Below, piece after piece: positions 1 to 7,845 of a stretch of DNA of 32,000 nt (position 1 is its first letter; each line of letters begins with the position of its first letter). The notes under the pieces were generated by a model. It did not search any database, was not told the origin of the DNA, and worked only from the letters and a program-made list of their open reading frames with translations. The position numbers and the translations under genes were made by a program. Where the stretch lies: contig CAZIYE010000002.1 in the NCBI GenBank assembly GCA_964543385.1, positions 90,001 to 122,000 on the forward strand, written 5' to 3'. This DNA is from an uncultured Candidatus Saccharibacteria bacterium (GTDB taxonomy: Bacteria > Patescibacteriota > UBA1384 > XYA2-FULL-43-10 > 1-14-0-10-43-13).

Positions 1-8
1 GAGTAAAA

Positions 9-791
9 GTGAAATACAAGGATTTTGCAGTCGAGTTGGCGAAAGAAGCCGGAAAAATAATCAAATCAAATTTTACAATTGGTATGGAAAAGGGCTGGAA
101 AGGTATCGATGGCCCTGTAACAAAAACGGATAAAGGGGTAAATAGTCTTGTGATAGAATCAGTCAAGAAGTATTTTCCTGATCACAATATCAGAGGAGAA
201 GAGGAGAGCTATCATGAACAGAAATCTGAATTTCTCTGGGTTTGCGATCCAATTGATGGAACAATTCCTTTTTCGCATGGGTTGCCAGTTTTTATGTTCT
301 CATTGGCATTAGTTAAAAATGGTGAGCCAATAATGGGTGTTTTATATGACCCAATTTTAGACAAACTTTTCTACGCCGAGAAAGGCCATGGTGCTACATT
401 AGATGGCAAGGCTATCAAAGTATCAGATCGAGAAACACTAAAGGACAGTGCCGTTGATATAGAAAGTTGGTCAACTGCCAGATATTACGCTCCTGCTCTT
501 GAGAGGGAAGTATATTCTACCGATGCTCTTCTTGTCCACTATGCTTGCATTACTTACCCTTGCGCTTTAGTGGCAGCAGGAGAGTTCGTGGGCGCAATAT
601 TTGCCGGCTATACCGAGTGGGACATTGCAGCGGTCAAGGTGATTGTAGAGGAGGCTGGCGGCAAGGTAACAGATCTATTTGGTCAGGAGCAACGTTACGA
701 CCAAGATATTAAAGGGGCTGTTATATCAAATGGCAAAACACACGATATATTACTTAAAATAGTAAAAGAGGCAATAGCAAAAAATGAATGA
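9..791 (+). CDS. Inositol monophosphatase / bisphosphate nucleotidase family protein
   Basis: 260-aa ORF with GEEES and WVCDPIDGT...FSHGLPVFMFSLAL metal/substrate motifs and distal WDIAAVKVIVEEAGGKVTD motif. Confidence 0.9.
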   Translation: MKYKDFAVELAKEAGKIIKSNFTIGMEKGWKGIDGPVTKTDKGVNSLVIESVKKYFPDHNIRGEEESYHEQKSEFLWVCDPIDGTIPFSHGLPVFMFSLALVKNGEPIMGVLYDPILDKLFYAEKGHGATLDGKAIKVSDRETLKDSAVDIESWSTARYYAPALEREVYSTDALLVHYACITYPCALVAAGEFVGAIFAGYTEWDIAAVKVIVEEAGGKVTDLFGQEQRYDQDIKGAVISNGKTHDILLKIVKEAIAKNE

Positions 792-1416
792 TTTTAAAAA
801 TATATTAAATCTTTTGCACTTAGCTGAGAAGCTAAAATACGAACTTCGTCATAGTTGGCTTTCTGACGGACGGCAGGAGAGTGTTGCTGAACATAGCTGG
901 CGAATGGCGCTAATGGTTATTCTATTTAAGTCATATCTAAATGAGGGGTTCAATGTAGAAAAAGCCCTGAAAATTGCCATTGTTCATGACCTAGTTGAGG
1001 CTGAAGTTAAAGATACTCCAGCATTTGATACTAGTAAAGAAGATGAAAAAAAAGAGCTTGAAGAAAAGGCGGCCAAGAATTTTATAAAGGTAGCAGGTGA
1101 TGATATCGGACAGGAACTTTATAATCTTTGGCGGGAGTACGAGGACACCGAAACTTACGAGGCGAGAGTAGTAAAAGCGCTAGGTAAATTAGAAGTTCGC
1201 CTGCAGCATAATGAAGCAGATCTAAAAACCTGGGAGGACGTTGAATTTCCAAGAGCACTTTTCGCCGCCGATAAATTTTGTGATTTTGATGAAGTTTTGC
1301 GTGGTTTTAATGATTTAGTAAAAGACGAATCAAGGTCCAAAATAGTTACTGCTGCAATTAATATCAAAAAAATAGAAGAAGAGGCAGAAGAGCTAAGGCC
1401 AAAGCAAGTTAGATAA
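784..1416 (+). CDS. HD-domain phosphohydrolase (YfbR/5'-deoxynucleotidase-like)
   Basis: Motifs ESVAEHSWRMALM, IVHDLVEAEVKDTPAFD; ORF overlaps the previous gene by 8 bp. Confidence 0.8.
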   Translation: MNDFKNILNLLHLAEKLKYELRHSWLSDGRQESVAEHSWRMALMVILFKSYLNEGFNVEKALKIAIVHDLVEAEVKDTPAFDTSKEDEKKELEEKAAKNFIKVAGDDIGQELYNLWREYEDTETYEARVVKALGKLEVRLQHNEADLKTWEDVEFPRALFAADKFCDFDEVLRGFNDLVKDESRSKIVTAAINIKKIEEEAEELRPKQVR

Positions 1417-1423
1417 GGAAAAA

Positions 1424-1966
1424 ATGAAAATTACATTCATTACTGGAAATAAATCAAAAGTAGAGCAACTTAGACGGTTTCTAAAAGTATCAGTTGACCA
1501 TGTCAAGCTAGATCTCGAAGAGATACAATCCCTCAACCTAGAAGAGATAGTAGAAAAGAAAGCAAAGCAAGCGTATGAGATTATCAAAAGCCCAGTTTTA
1601 GTGGAGGATGTCTCGCTCGTTTATACTGCCCTCAACGGCCTTCCTGGGCCATTAATTCGTTGGTTTCTCGAGCAATTGGGTAATGCTGGTCTCTGTCGTC
1701 TTATAAATCATTATAATAAAGATAGGTCAGCTACTGCTAAAGTCGCCTACAGTTATTTTGACGGCAATAATTTACAAATATTCACAGGTGAGATCACAGG
1801 CAAAATCGCGGCTCACCCGAGAGGAGAGAATGATTTTGGCTGGAGTCCAGTTTTTATTCCTGATGGTAGCGATAAAACATTGGCCGAAATGACGCACGAT
1901 GAATATGAAAATTTCTCTATGAGAAAGATTGCTCTACAAAAATTGACAAAATATCTATCAGAATAA
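1424..1966 (+). CDS. RdgB/HAM1-like non-canonical purine NTP (XTP/dITP) pyrophosphatase
   Basis: N-terminal ITFITGNKSKVEQL, PVLVEDVSLVYTALNGLPGPLIRWF, and FGWSPVFIPDGSDKTLAEM motifs. Confidence 0.88.
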   Translation: MKITFITGNKSKVEQLRRFLKVSVDHVKLDLEEIQSLNLEEIVEKKAKQAYEIIKSPVLVEDVSLVYTALNGLPGPLIRWFLEQLGNAGLCRLINHYNKDRSATAKVAYSYFDGNNLQIFTGEITGKIAAHPRGENDFGWSPVFIPDGSDKTLAEMTHDEYENFSMRKIALQKLTKYLSE

Positions 1967-2000
1967 AAAAACAAACGGCGCATATGCCGTTTGTTTTTTT
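1966..2000. terminator. Bidirectional intrinsic terminator between convergent genes
   Basis: AAAAAACAAACGGC-gcat-GCCGTTTGTTTTTTT, near-perfect inverted repeat with A- and T-runs. Confidence 0.92.
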
Positions 2001-2021
2001 ATGATGCAAGATAAATATTGC

Positions 2022-2786
2022 TTATGGTCTCAAGGTTCCTGCAAAAACTTGCCAGGCTAATAGCGATTTTGCCACTAGGCTTAAGATAATATAGGCGCGC
2101 TCACCATATAGATAATCACTCCATTTGCCGAGCTTCTTATACTGCAATACTTGGTTTATGGCAAAGCTATTGAAGAATAAAAATATAGAGAAGTAAATCC
2201 AATAGACAAAATTTGGTGCCTTATCTGCACTACCTGGATTCCACAAATATATACCAATCGCAATCCATGGACCGATACCAGCGATACAGCCGAATATAAA
2301 TGATGTCCAATTTGCCTTTGTCGTTGATTGATTATGAAGCTCCATCATCCAACCAAATAGAATCATGGTCGCATTTAAAATAATAATTGCAATTAACGCT
2401 GAGATATCATAAATGCCTACAAGCATTGCAATAACTAGAATCATTATTGACGAGCTAAAGGAATATTCAATCCATCGGGCATAATTAGCTCCTTTGGCCA
2501 AATTTTTATTGTACCAATTATTTATTCCTGGTAATGAAATTAACAAATGAGCTAAAGAAGAAAGAAATAGAAAAGATGCCACGACTGGTCCAATTTGTAG
2601 CTCAAATAAATTTCTAGTGCTTGGCAGTAACTGTTGTGAGATTACATCGTATTTCAGAAAAGAACCAGTGACGGGTAATTTAAATCCACTTGATACTAGC
2701 AACATGGCAATGCCCTGTCCGAAGTGCAAAATGGCCATTATGATATTAAACCGCCTGAGCTTATAAAATTTTTCTTCTCGATCCAT
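2022..2786 (-). CDS. Heliorhodopsin
   Basis: 254-aa hydrophobic protein; RWIEYSFSSSIMI and C-terminal GERAYIILSLVAKSLLAWQVFAGTL match the conserved heliorhodopsin TM3 and TM7 (retinal-lysine) regions from memory. Confidence 0.9.
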   Translation of the reverse strand: MDREEKFYKLRRFNIIMAILHFGQGIAMLLVSSGFKLPVTGSFLKYDVISQQLLPSTRNLFELQIGPVVASFLFLSSLAHLLISLPGINNWYNKNLAKGANYARWIEYSFSSSIMILVIAMLVGIYDISALIAIIILNATMILFGWMMELHNQSTTKANWTSFIFGCIAGIGPWIAIGIYLWNPGSADKAPNFVYWIYFSIFLFFNSFAINQVLQYKKLGKWSDYLYGERAYIILSLVAKSLLAWQVFAGTLRP

Positions 2787-2847
2787 TGTTCCTCCTAATT
2801 GTTAGATGTATCTATTATATACTAATTTCAATTGTTGCCAATTATTA

Positions 2848-2876
2848 TTGACGTAACATCTATTTTATGTTAAAAA
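2848..2876 (+). promoter_or_regulatory. Candidate sigma70-type promoter (TTGACG-N17-TAAAAA) for the 2909 gene
   Basis: TTGACG, 17-bp spacer, TAAAAA upstream of strong SD AAAGGGGG. Confidence 0.5.
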
Positions 2877-2908
2877 ATAGATTGCGTTTCGACGCAAAGG
2901 GGGACTCC

Positions 2909-3277
2909 ATGAATTCAGATAAAAAAGATCAAAGTGTCGAAAAGACACCTCTCGAGATTATATTTGATAGTCTCTGTGAGAAGATTTCTGGCGAAGGGTT
3001 AGCTCGTTTAGAGCCTAAAACCAAAAAAGCCAGACATGAGATCGACCTTTTATTTTCGCTATTTGCTCTATATAGAGCACGATTTAGTGGAATAACGGTT
3101 GATAATCGGGATGTAATCGTCAATATTATAGAAGACCATATTGACGAGAATTTCAGACCGATATCTGCTGAAGATATCGGCCATGGTGGTAAGAAATATT
3201 CATTTGAACGAGTCGGCAATAGCCGCTCGCTACATGTATGTTTCATTGGGAACGAAATCAACCTCGTCCTCACATAA
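2909..3277 (+). CDS. Hypothetical protein (MNSDKKDQSVEKTPLEIIF...)
   Basis: ORF track starts at 2867, but the ATG at 2909 is preceded by GCAAAGGGGGACTCC, so 2909 is the preferred start; no family recognised. Confidence 0.65.
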   Translation: MNSDKKDQSVEKTPLEIIFDSLCEKISGEGLARLEPKTKKARHEIDLLFSLFALYRARFSGITVDNRDVIVNIIEDHIDENFRPISAEDIGHGGKKYSFERVGNSRSLHVCFIGNEINLVLT

Positions 3278-3294
3278 TCCACCTAATTTTGTTG

Positions 3295-3327
3295 GCTGGC
3301 CAGGGTATCAAACCCGGCCGGCTTTTT
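3295..3327 (+). terminator. Intrinsic terminator
   Basis: GCTGGCCAGGG...CCCGGCCGGCTTTTTG hairpin plus T-run just after the 3277 stop. Confidence 0.8.
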
Positions 3328-3352
3328 GTTTTCATATAAAAGATATCAACGC

Positions 3353-3829
3353 TTAGGTCCGATTATCTATTAGTTCAGCTAGCTCTTTTTTTACTAGTGC
3401 AATATGCTCTTTAGTTTCGCGTTTTAGATCCTCCATGACTCGGCGTACGCTTGCAGCATCTGATGATATAAATTCGAAATAGTTTTTTTCGAAAAACGAT
3501 TCTTCAAATTGCAGGGATTTTTGTAGTGCCTCAGCCAATGTCATATATTCTTCAGAAACAATTTCCTCTTCAATTTCCTCGTTTATTAATCGAAGTGATT
3601 CTTCTGGTAGAAGATTAAGTCTAATAGAAAAAACGTCATTACTTTTCATTAGAGCTTCAAGCCACTGAGCATGACGGTTTTCCTCGCTTGAGATTTTTAG
3701 CCAAAAATCATGATTTTGAAACATCTGAGAGTATCGGCGATATAATCTCATAAAACTGTGTTCGTTGCGAATCATTAACTCCATTATTCTTTTGCTTTCA
3801 GTAGAATTTTTTGGAGATTTATTTTTCAT
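3353..3829 (-). CDS. Ferritin/rubrerythrin-like domain protein (putative)
   Basis: 158-aa all-helical sequence with regularly spaced E..H motifs: RNEHSFMRLY, SSEENRHAQWLE, QFEESFFEKNYFE, KETKEHIALVKKE. Confidence 0.55.
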   Translation of the reverse strand: MKNKSPKNSTESKRIMELMIRNEHSFMRLYRRYSQMFQNHDFWLKISSEENRHAQWLEALMKSNDVFSIRLNLLPEESLRLINEEIEEEIVSEEYMTLAEALQKSLQFEESFFEKNYFEFISSDAASVRRVMEDLKRETKEHIALVKKELAELIDNRT

Positions 3830-3933
3830 TTAGTATCCAATTACTTTTTAATTGCTAACAGAATTATAACATATTCATAATTTTTTGATTTATCGTTTTA
3901 AAAAAGCCAAACTAGAAAGTTTGACATTTTTTA

Positions 3934-4007
3934 TGGCTCGGGGACATGGATTCGAACCATGATTCACGGCTTCAAAGGCCGCTGTCCTGCCATTAGACGA
4001 TCCCCGA
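3934..4007 (-). tRNA. tRNA-Gln (anticodon TTG)
   Basis: Cloverleaf read by eye: acceptor TCGGGGA/TCCCCGA, anticodon arm GCGGC-CTTTGAA-GCCGT (anticodon TTG), T arm CATGG-TTCGAAT-CCATG, encoded CCA. Confidence 0.95.
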
Positions 4008-4062
4008 ATATATTTCGATTTATTCTAACCTAAATAAGCGATTATTTCAATAAGAAGGGAGT

Positions 4063-4096
4063 AAAAAGCCAAAACCGCTGCAATCCTGCAGCGGCT
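4063..4096 (-). terminator. Intrinsic terminator for the 4143..4523 gene
   Basis: Minus-strand AGCCGCTGCA-GGAT-TGCAGCGGTTTTGGCTTTTTA. Confidence 0.85.
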
Positions 4097-4142
4097 CGAA
4101 AATCCATTTTCGGTTTTGGCAAGGCCAAGGTGGTCTTACTGG

Positions 4143-4523
4143 TTACGGGGCGTGAATCGCCCTCATTTCCTCTTCGGTGAGGGGGATCCCTTCGCAGGAA
4201 CCGGTGTAATAGTAGCACCAGTACCAACAGAGGGGGACTACTTTCGGCCCCAGCACTTGTAGTATCGGGACTTGAGCGGTTGGGGCCGGCATGGTTTCGA
4301 CGGTCTCCAGAACCGGAGGAGTGTAGAATGTTTGGAACGAGGATTCCTCGATTCTATAATTCTCACTCTCCATTTGTGCGAAAAACACGCCGAAGGTTCC
4401 TTCGCAGGTCATTGTCTGCGATGTAGCAGTTTCGACGGCTTCTGCCGTCTCTGCTGCCGTGCAGGCAATAGCTGCAAGAACAAACATCGCTGCCATAAAG
4501 GCGAGCTGAATCAACTTCCGCAT
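4143..4523 (-). CDS. Small secreted/lipoprotein-like hypothetical protein
   Basis: N-terminal MRKLIQLAFMAAMFVLAAIAC signal/lipobox-like; Cys/Trp/Tyr-rich C-terminal PLCWYWCYYYTGSCEG; SD AAAGGAGG and consensus promoter upstream. Confidence 0.75.
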   Translation of the reverse strand: MRKLIQLAFMAAMFVLAAIACTAAETAEAVETATSQTMTCEGTFGVFFAQMESENYRIEESSFQTFYTPPVLETVETMPAPTAQVPILQVLGPKVVPLCWYWCYYYTGSCEGIPLTEEEMRAIHAP

Positions 4524-4577
4524 AGGGGTTCCTCCTTTGTGAGACGGAAGTGCAGCAGTGTAGCTGCGTTGATCAGT

Positions 4578-4606
4578 ATTATATAAGCATTGTTGGCATA
4601 TGTCAA
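4578..4606 (-). promoter_or_regulatory. Perfect consensus sigma70 promoter for the 4143..4523 gene
   Basis: Minus strand TTGACA-N17(TATGCCAACAATGCTTA)-TATAAT. Confidence 0.88.
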
Positions 4607-4630
4607 GTTAAAAATTGGTTTTATATTTAA

Positions 4631-4656
4631 AACACCCCGACAAAAGTCGAGGTGTT
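4631..4656 (-). terminator. Probable rnpB terminator
   Basis: Minus strand AACACCTCGAC-TTTT-GTCGGGGTGTTTT; a second hairpin CACTGG-GCAA-CCAGTG lies at 4661-4676. Confidence 0.75.
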
Positions 4657-4700
4657 ACCCCACTGGTTGCCCAGTGAAAGGGCCATATTGTGGGGATAGA

Positions 4701-5027
4701 CTAAAAGTAGATTATAAGCCGGGTTCTGTCAAGGATGACAATCTATCTAAGCATGGAGACCTTGCATATCCTTCGAGCAGAAGTTGATATGATCGGTCCA
4801 CTCCACTTGCACCAAACGAGGCTTGCCACGGACGCATGTTGCCATACGAACGCGTGAGCTCTTACCTCACGATTTCAACCTTACCGGTTGTAAACAACTT
4901 AGGCGGTATATTTTCTGTTGCGCTATTCTCGAACCTCACGGCCCGCTCATTTTCACGAGCGTTTTGCTCTATGGTGCCCGGACTTTCCTCCCCGCGTATG
5001 TGGGGCTGTCATCACATCCACTTTTAG
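4701..5027 (-). ncRNA. rnpB: RNase P RNA (bacterial)
   Basis: Minus strand has GCGGGGAGGAAAGTCCGGGC near the 5' end and GACAGAACCCGGCTTATAATCTAC at the 3' end; P1 closes as CTAAAAGTGGAT / ATCTACTTTTAG. Confidence 0.95.
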
Positions 5028-5119
5028 CATAATAATTATAAATAAAAATGCTATTTTTGTCAACAGATTTGAGCTAGATGCATGATTTGGATATAATGAT
5101 AGAAATAAATGGAGAAAAA

Positions 5120-5497
5120 ATGAAAAAAAGTACAGCGGACATATTAGCGGCTTTATCAGTATTATTAATTATTATTGCCTTCGGTGTATGGTATTTCAGA
5201 TTTGAGGAAGGTTGGAGTGCTATCGACTCTTTCTACTTTACTGTTATGACTATGACGTCGGTAGGGTATGGCGATTTTGTACCCACGCACAATGCATCAA
5301 AAATTGTTACTGCTTTTTATGCTATGGTTAGTATTCCTCTAGTTATTTTCTCTCTGGGGGTAATCGCCAAAAGCTACTTTGAAAAAAGAATTGGCAATAT
5401 CGAACAGAGAATGTCTGAGATATTAACGAGGGAAAAGCTATTAGAAGAAGATGTTGAAGAAGCAATCGATGATGGCAAGAAGAGCGAAAAAAAATAA
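5120..5497 (+). CDS. Two-TM potassium channel domain protein
   Basis: Selectivity filter TMTSVGYGDFVPT between two hydrophobic helices; ATG at 5120 preceded by GGAGAAAAA (track start is 5078). Confidence 0.88.
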   Translation: MKKSTADILAALSVLLIIIAFGVWYFRFEEGWSAIDSFYFTVMTMTSVGYGDFVPTHNASKIVTAFYAMVSIPLVIFSLGVIAKSYFEKRIGNIEQRMSEILTREKLLEEDVEEAIDDGKKSEKK

Positions 5498-5553
5498 ATA
5501 TCATATAATTTAATATTAACTTCGTCTAAATAATATTTAATAAAAAGGATTTT

Positions 5554-6111
5554 ATGGAAACGCCAAAAAACATTGTGCGAGCCATCGCTGGAGAAAGTAT
5601 GGCGAGAAATAAATATACCTTCTTTGCCTCACAGGCCAAAAAAGAGGGCTATGAACAAATATCAGCAATTTTTCTAGAAACGGCTGATAACGAGAAGGAA
5701 CATGCTAAAAGGTTGATGAAATTATTAGATGGCCCAACAGAATCATCTTTGGACAGCTTCGATTTTCCTGTAGTTAAAGGTACTGTAGAAAATCTGGCCG
5801 CCGCTGCTGCAGGTGAGAAATATGAAAATACCGTAATGTATCCTGAGTTTGCCAAAGTTGCGAAAGAAGAAGGATACGACGAAGCCGCAAAGATATTTAC
5901 TGAAATCGGCGAAGTCGAAGAACATCATGAGGGTCGTTATTTGAAGCTAAAAGAAAATATAGAAAAGGGGATCGTATTCAAAAGAGACACAGAGGTTTCA
6001 TGGCGTTGTCGAAATTGTGGCTATGTCCATAAAGGAACGGACGCTCCGCATATTTGTCCGGCCTGCGCTCACCCACAAGCTCATTACGAGCTTCTCTCTG
6101 AAAATTACTAA
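5554..6111 (+). CDS. Rubrerythrin
   Basis: Ferritin-like N-terminal helices (ARNKYTFFASQAKKEGYEQISAIFLETADNEKEHA; EVEEHHEGRY) and C-terminal rubredoxin-like CRNCGYVHKG...CPACAHPQAHYE. Confidence 0.93.
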   Translation: METPKNIVRAIAGESMARNKYTFFASQAKKEGYEQISAIFLETADNEKEHAKRLMKLLDGPTESSLDSFDFPVVKGTVENLAAAAAGEKYENTVMYPEFAKVAKEEGYDEAAKIFTEIGEVEEHHEGRYLKLKENIEKGIVFKRDTEVSWRCRNCGYVHKGTDAPHICPACAHPQAHYELLSENY

Positions 6112-6120
6112 ACAATTAAT

Positions 6121-6145
6121 AAAGACCTGCCGATGGCAGGTCTTT
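6121..6145. terminator. Bidirectional terminator between convergent genes
   Basis: AAAGACCTGCC-GAT-GGCAGGTCTTT flanked by A/T runs. Confidence 0.88.
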
Positions 6146-6171
6146 ATTAATATATGGCTAGATCAAATTTT

Positions 6172-7020
6172 CTAGTAACTTGCATCAAAATTAATGTCTT
6201 TTTCCAGATCAACATTCCCATTATTCTTTTTTTCTTTTTCTGCCAACTGACGGTAATCCATTATCCGTCTCTCTTTCTCTTCTCTAGGTAGTTTAGTATT
6301 GGCCAAGGCAGGCCCGCCGATACATCCTCCTGGACAATTCAAGATATCAAAAAAACGATACTGAGTTGTGCCTGATTTTATTTCATCAAAATGCTTGAAT
6401 AGATTTTTTGGTTCATCTGTTATGCATATCTCCGAATCTTTAAAAAAATTCTTCAATAATGCGGTTTGGGCTAAGCCTCCAGAAATTGGATATATTTTTG
6501 TGTCTTCCTCATAGAAAGAGTCAAATTGGTAATCTTTACCAGATTCCAATATTTTTTTTTCTTCAAGAACTTGTGCCAATTCCTTGAATGTTATAACAAG
6601 ATTTATTATGTCTTTGTAGAGTGGTGCTTCTAGTGCTTGTTTTGCCAAACAGGGTGAAACGAACACAATATTGTGGCTAGAATAATATTTTCTAAGTATC
6701 TTTGCCATTGCTGCCATTGGAGAAACATGAGGAACAAGATATTGGACTAGTTCTGGGTATCTGGACTTAACCAATGATACGCAGGTAGGGCAGGGAGATG
6801 TTATATAATATTTTTGATCCGGATGGCTTTTTACATATTCCACATAAGAATAATTTACCATTCTGGCGCCAAAGGTCAGTTCGCATACCTTGTCAAATCC
6901 CAGCTTTTTAAGAGCTCCAATTATTTGAGGATACTCAAAATCAATCGGGAAACTTGGGGCAAGCATACAGATGGAGGGTTTCTTTAGCAGTTCCAATAGT
7001 TCTAATTGTCTGGGATTCAT
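6172..7020 (-). CDS. [FeFe]-hydrogenase catalytic-domain-like protein, truncated/non-canonical
   Basis: ITSPCPTCVSLVKSRYPEL, VFVSPCLAKQALEA and LNCPGGCIGGPA resemble the L1, L2 and L3 H-cluster motifs; no N-terminal ferredoxin-type domains. Confidence 0.75.
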   Translation of the reverse strand: MNPRQLELLELLKKPSICMLAPSFPIDFEYPQIIGALKKLGFDKVCELTFGARMVNYSYVEYVKSHPDQKYYITSPCPTCVSLVKSRYPELVQYLVPHVSPMAAMAKILRKYYSSHNIVFVSPCLAKQALEAPLYKDIINLVITFKELAQVLEEKKILESGKDYQFDSFYEEDTKIYPISGGLAQTALLKNFFKDSEICITDEPKNLFKHFDEIKSGTTQYRFFDILNCPGGCIGGPALANTKLPREEKERRIMDYRQLAEKEKKNNGNVDLEKDINFDASY

Positions 7021-7073
7021 TTTTGTTTTGTAATTTAATTATTATAATTAAATTTTACACAAATCATGTCAAT

Positions 7074-7102
7074 AACAAAAGCCCCTTTTGGGGCTTTTGT
7101 TA
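7074..7102. terminator. Intrinsic terminator
   Basis: AACAAAAGCCCC-TTTT-GGGGCTTTTGTT. Confidence 0.88.
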
Positions 7103-7121
7103 GATAATCTATATAGTATCC

Positions 7122-7358
7122 TTACTTCTCTGACTTTTTTCCTTCGTCTATCAGCTCTTTTACTCTCTGTCCACCCTTATGGCCGATTTCCTGATAGAAG
7201 TTTGGACCATATTTATCGCTTGTGGCCTGTCCACCTTTTTGTCCACCCTTATGGCCGATTTCCTGATAGAATTCTCTGCCATGAGTTTGACTGGTTTTGC
7301 TCCCGCCCTTGCGTCCTGCCTCTTGGACTGTCATGCCACTATTTTTTTTCATTGCCAT
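7122..7358 (-). CDS. KGG-repeat stress-induced protein (GsiB/LEA group 1-like)
   Basis: Repeated GRKGGSKTSQTHGREFYQEIGHKGGQKGGQ ... NFYQEIGHKGGQRV motifs. Confidence 0.88.
   Translation of the reverse strand: MAMKKNSGMTVQEAGRKGGSKTSQTHGREFYQEIGHKGGQKGGQATSDKYGPNFYQEIGHKGGQRVKELIDEGKKSEK
7235..7325. repeat. 91-bp perfect direct repeat, copy 1 (inside KGG gene 7122..7358)
   Basis: cTTTTTGTCCACCCTTATGG...GCGTCCTGCCTCTTG is the same string as copy 2. Confidence 0.9.
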
Positions 7359-7386
7359 CTAAACATCCTTTCAAATTTTTATCCGT

Positions 7387-7530
7387 CTATCTTCTCTCTG
7401 TGGATTTACCTCGATTGATAAGATCTCTAACTTTTTGTCCACCCTTATGGCCGATTTCCTGATAGAATTCTCTGCCATGAGTTTGACTGGTTTTGCTCCC
7501 GCCCTTGCGTCCTGCCTCTTGCACGGACAT
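7387..7530 (-). CDS. Short KGG-repeat protein, possibly frameshifted at its 5' end
   Basis: Below ORF-track size. Reading frame MSVQEAGRKGGSKTSQTHGREFYQEIGHKGGQKVRDLINRGKSTERR. An upstream ATG at 7552 with AAAGGA is out of frame by one base in an A5 run. Confidence 0.65.
   Translation of the reverse strand: MSVQEAGRKGGSKTSQTHGREFYQEIGHKGGQKVRDLINRGKSTERR
7431..7521. repeat. 91-bp perfect direct repeat, copy 2 (inside KGG ORF 7387..7530)
   Basis: Same string as 7235..7325, offset 196 bp. Confidence 0.9.
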
Positions 7531-7614
7531 TTGACCTTTTGGCTCTTTCATTGTGTTCCTTTAAAATTATTATTGTGAAATTTGATAATCAAAATTTAAC
7601 AAATCTGCAAAGTG

Positions 7615-7845
7615 CTATTTCTCGCTTTCCTTGCCTTCATTGATTAATTCGCGGACCCTTTGTCCTCCTTTGTGGCCGATCTGCTCATAAAACTCGGGGC
7701 CATGTTCACGGCTAGTGGTTTCTCCTCCTTTGCGTCCAATCTGTTGGTAAAAATTATGATCGTGTGTTTCTTTGGTGCGCTCTCCACCTTTCCGTCCTGC
7801 ATCCTGCACGGACATTTGGCCTTTTTGATTTTGCATCTCTTTCAC
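7615..7845 (-). CDS. KGG-repeat stress-induced protein
   Basis: MKEMQNQKGQMSVQDAGRKGGERTKETHDHNFYQQIGRKGGETTSREHGPEFYEQIGHKGGQRVRELINEG. Confidence 0.88.
   Translation of the reverse strand: MKEMQNQKGQMSVQDAGRKGGERTKETHDHNFYQQIGRKGGETTSREHGPEFYEQIGHKGGQRVRELINEGKESEK

Noticed and set aside
1155-1587. Minus-strand ORFs 1155..1367 and 1393..1587
   Set aside because: Antisense to well-supported HD and RdgB/HAM1 genes; no RBS or recognisable motifs.
2929-3282. Minus-strand ORF 2929..3282 and plus ORF 3141..3356
   Set aside because: Overlap the better supported 2909..3277 gene, which has a promoter, SD and terminator.
4823-5032. ORFs 4823..5032 and 4836..5027 on the plus strand
   Set aside because: They lie antisense to the RNase P RNA, and the sequence is fully explained by rnpB conserved elements.
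7122-7845. Possible CRISPR array from regularly repeated strings (ttgtccacccttatggccgat)
   Set aside because: The repeats are in-frame coding units of KGG proteins, with unequal spacing and coding spacers; no cas genes.
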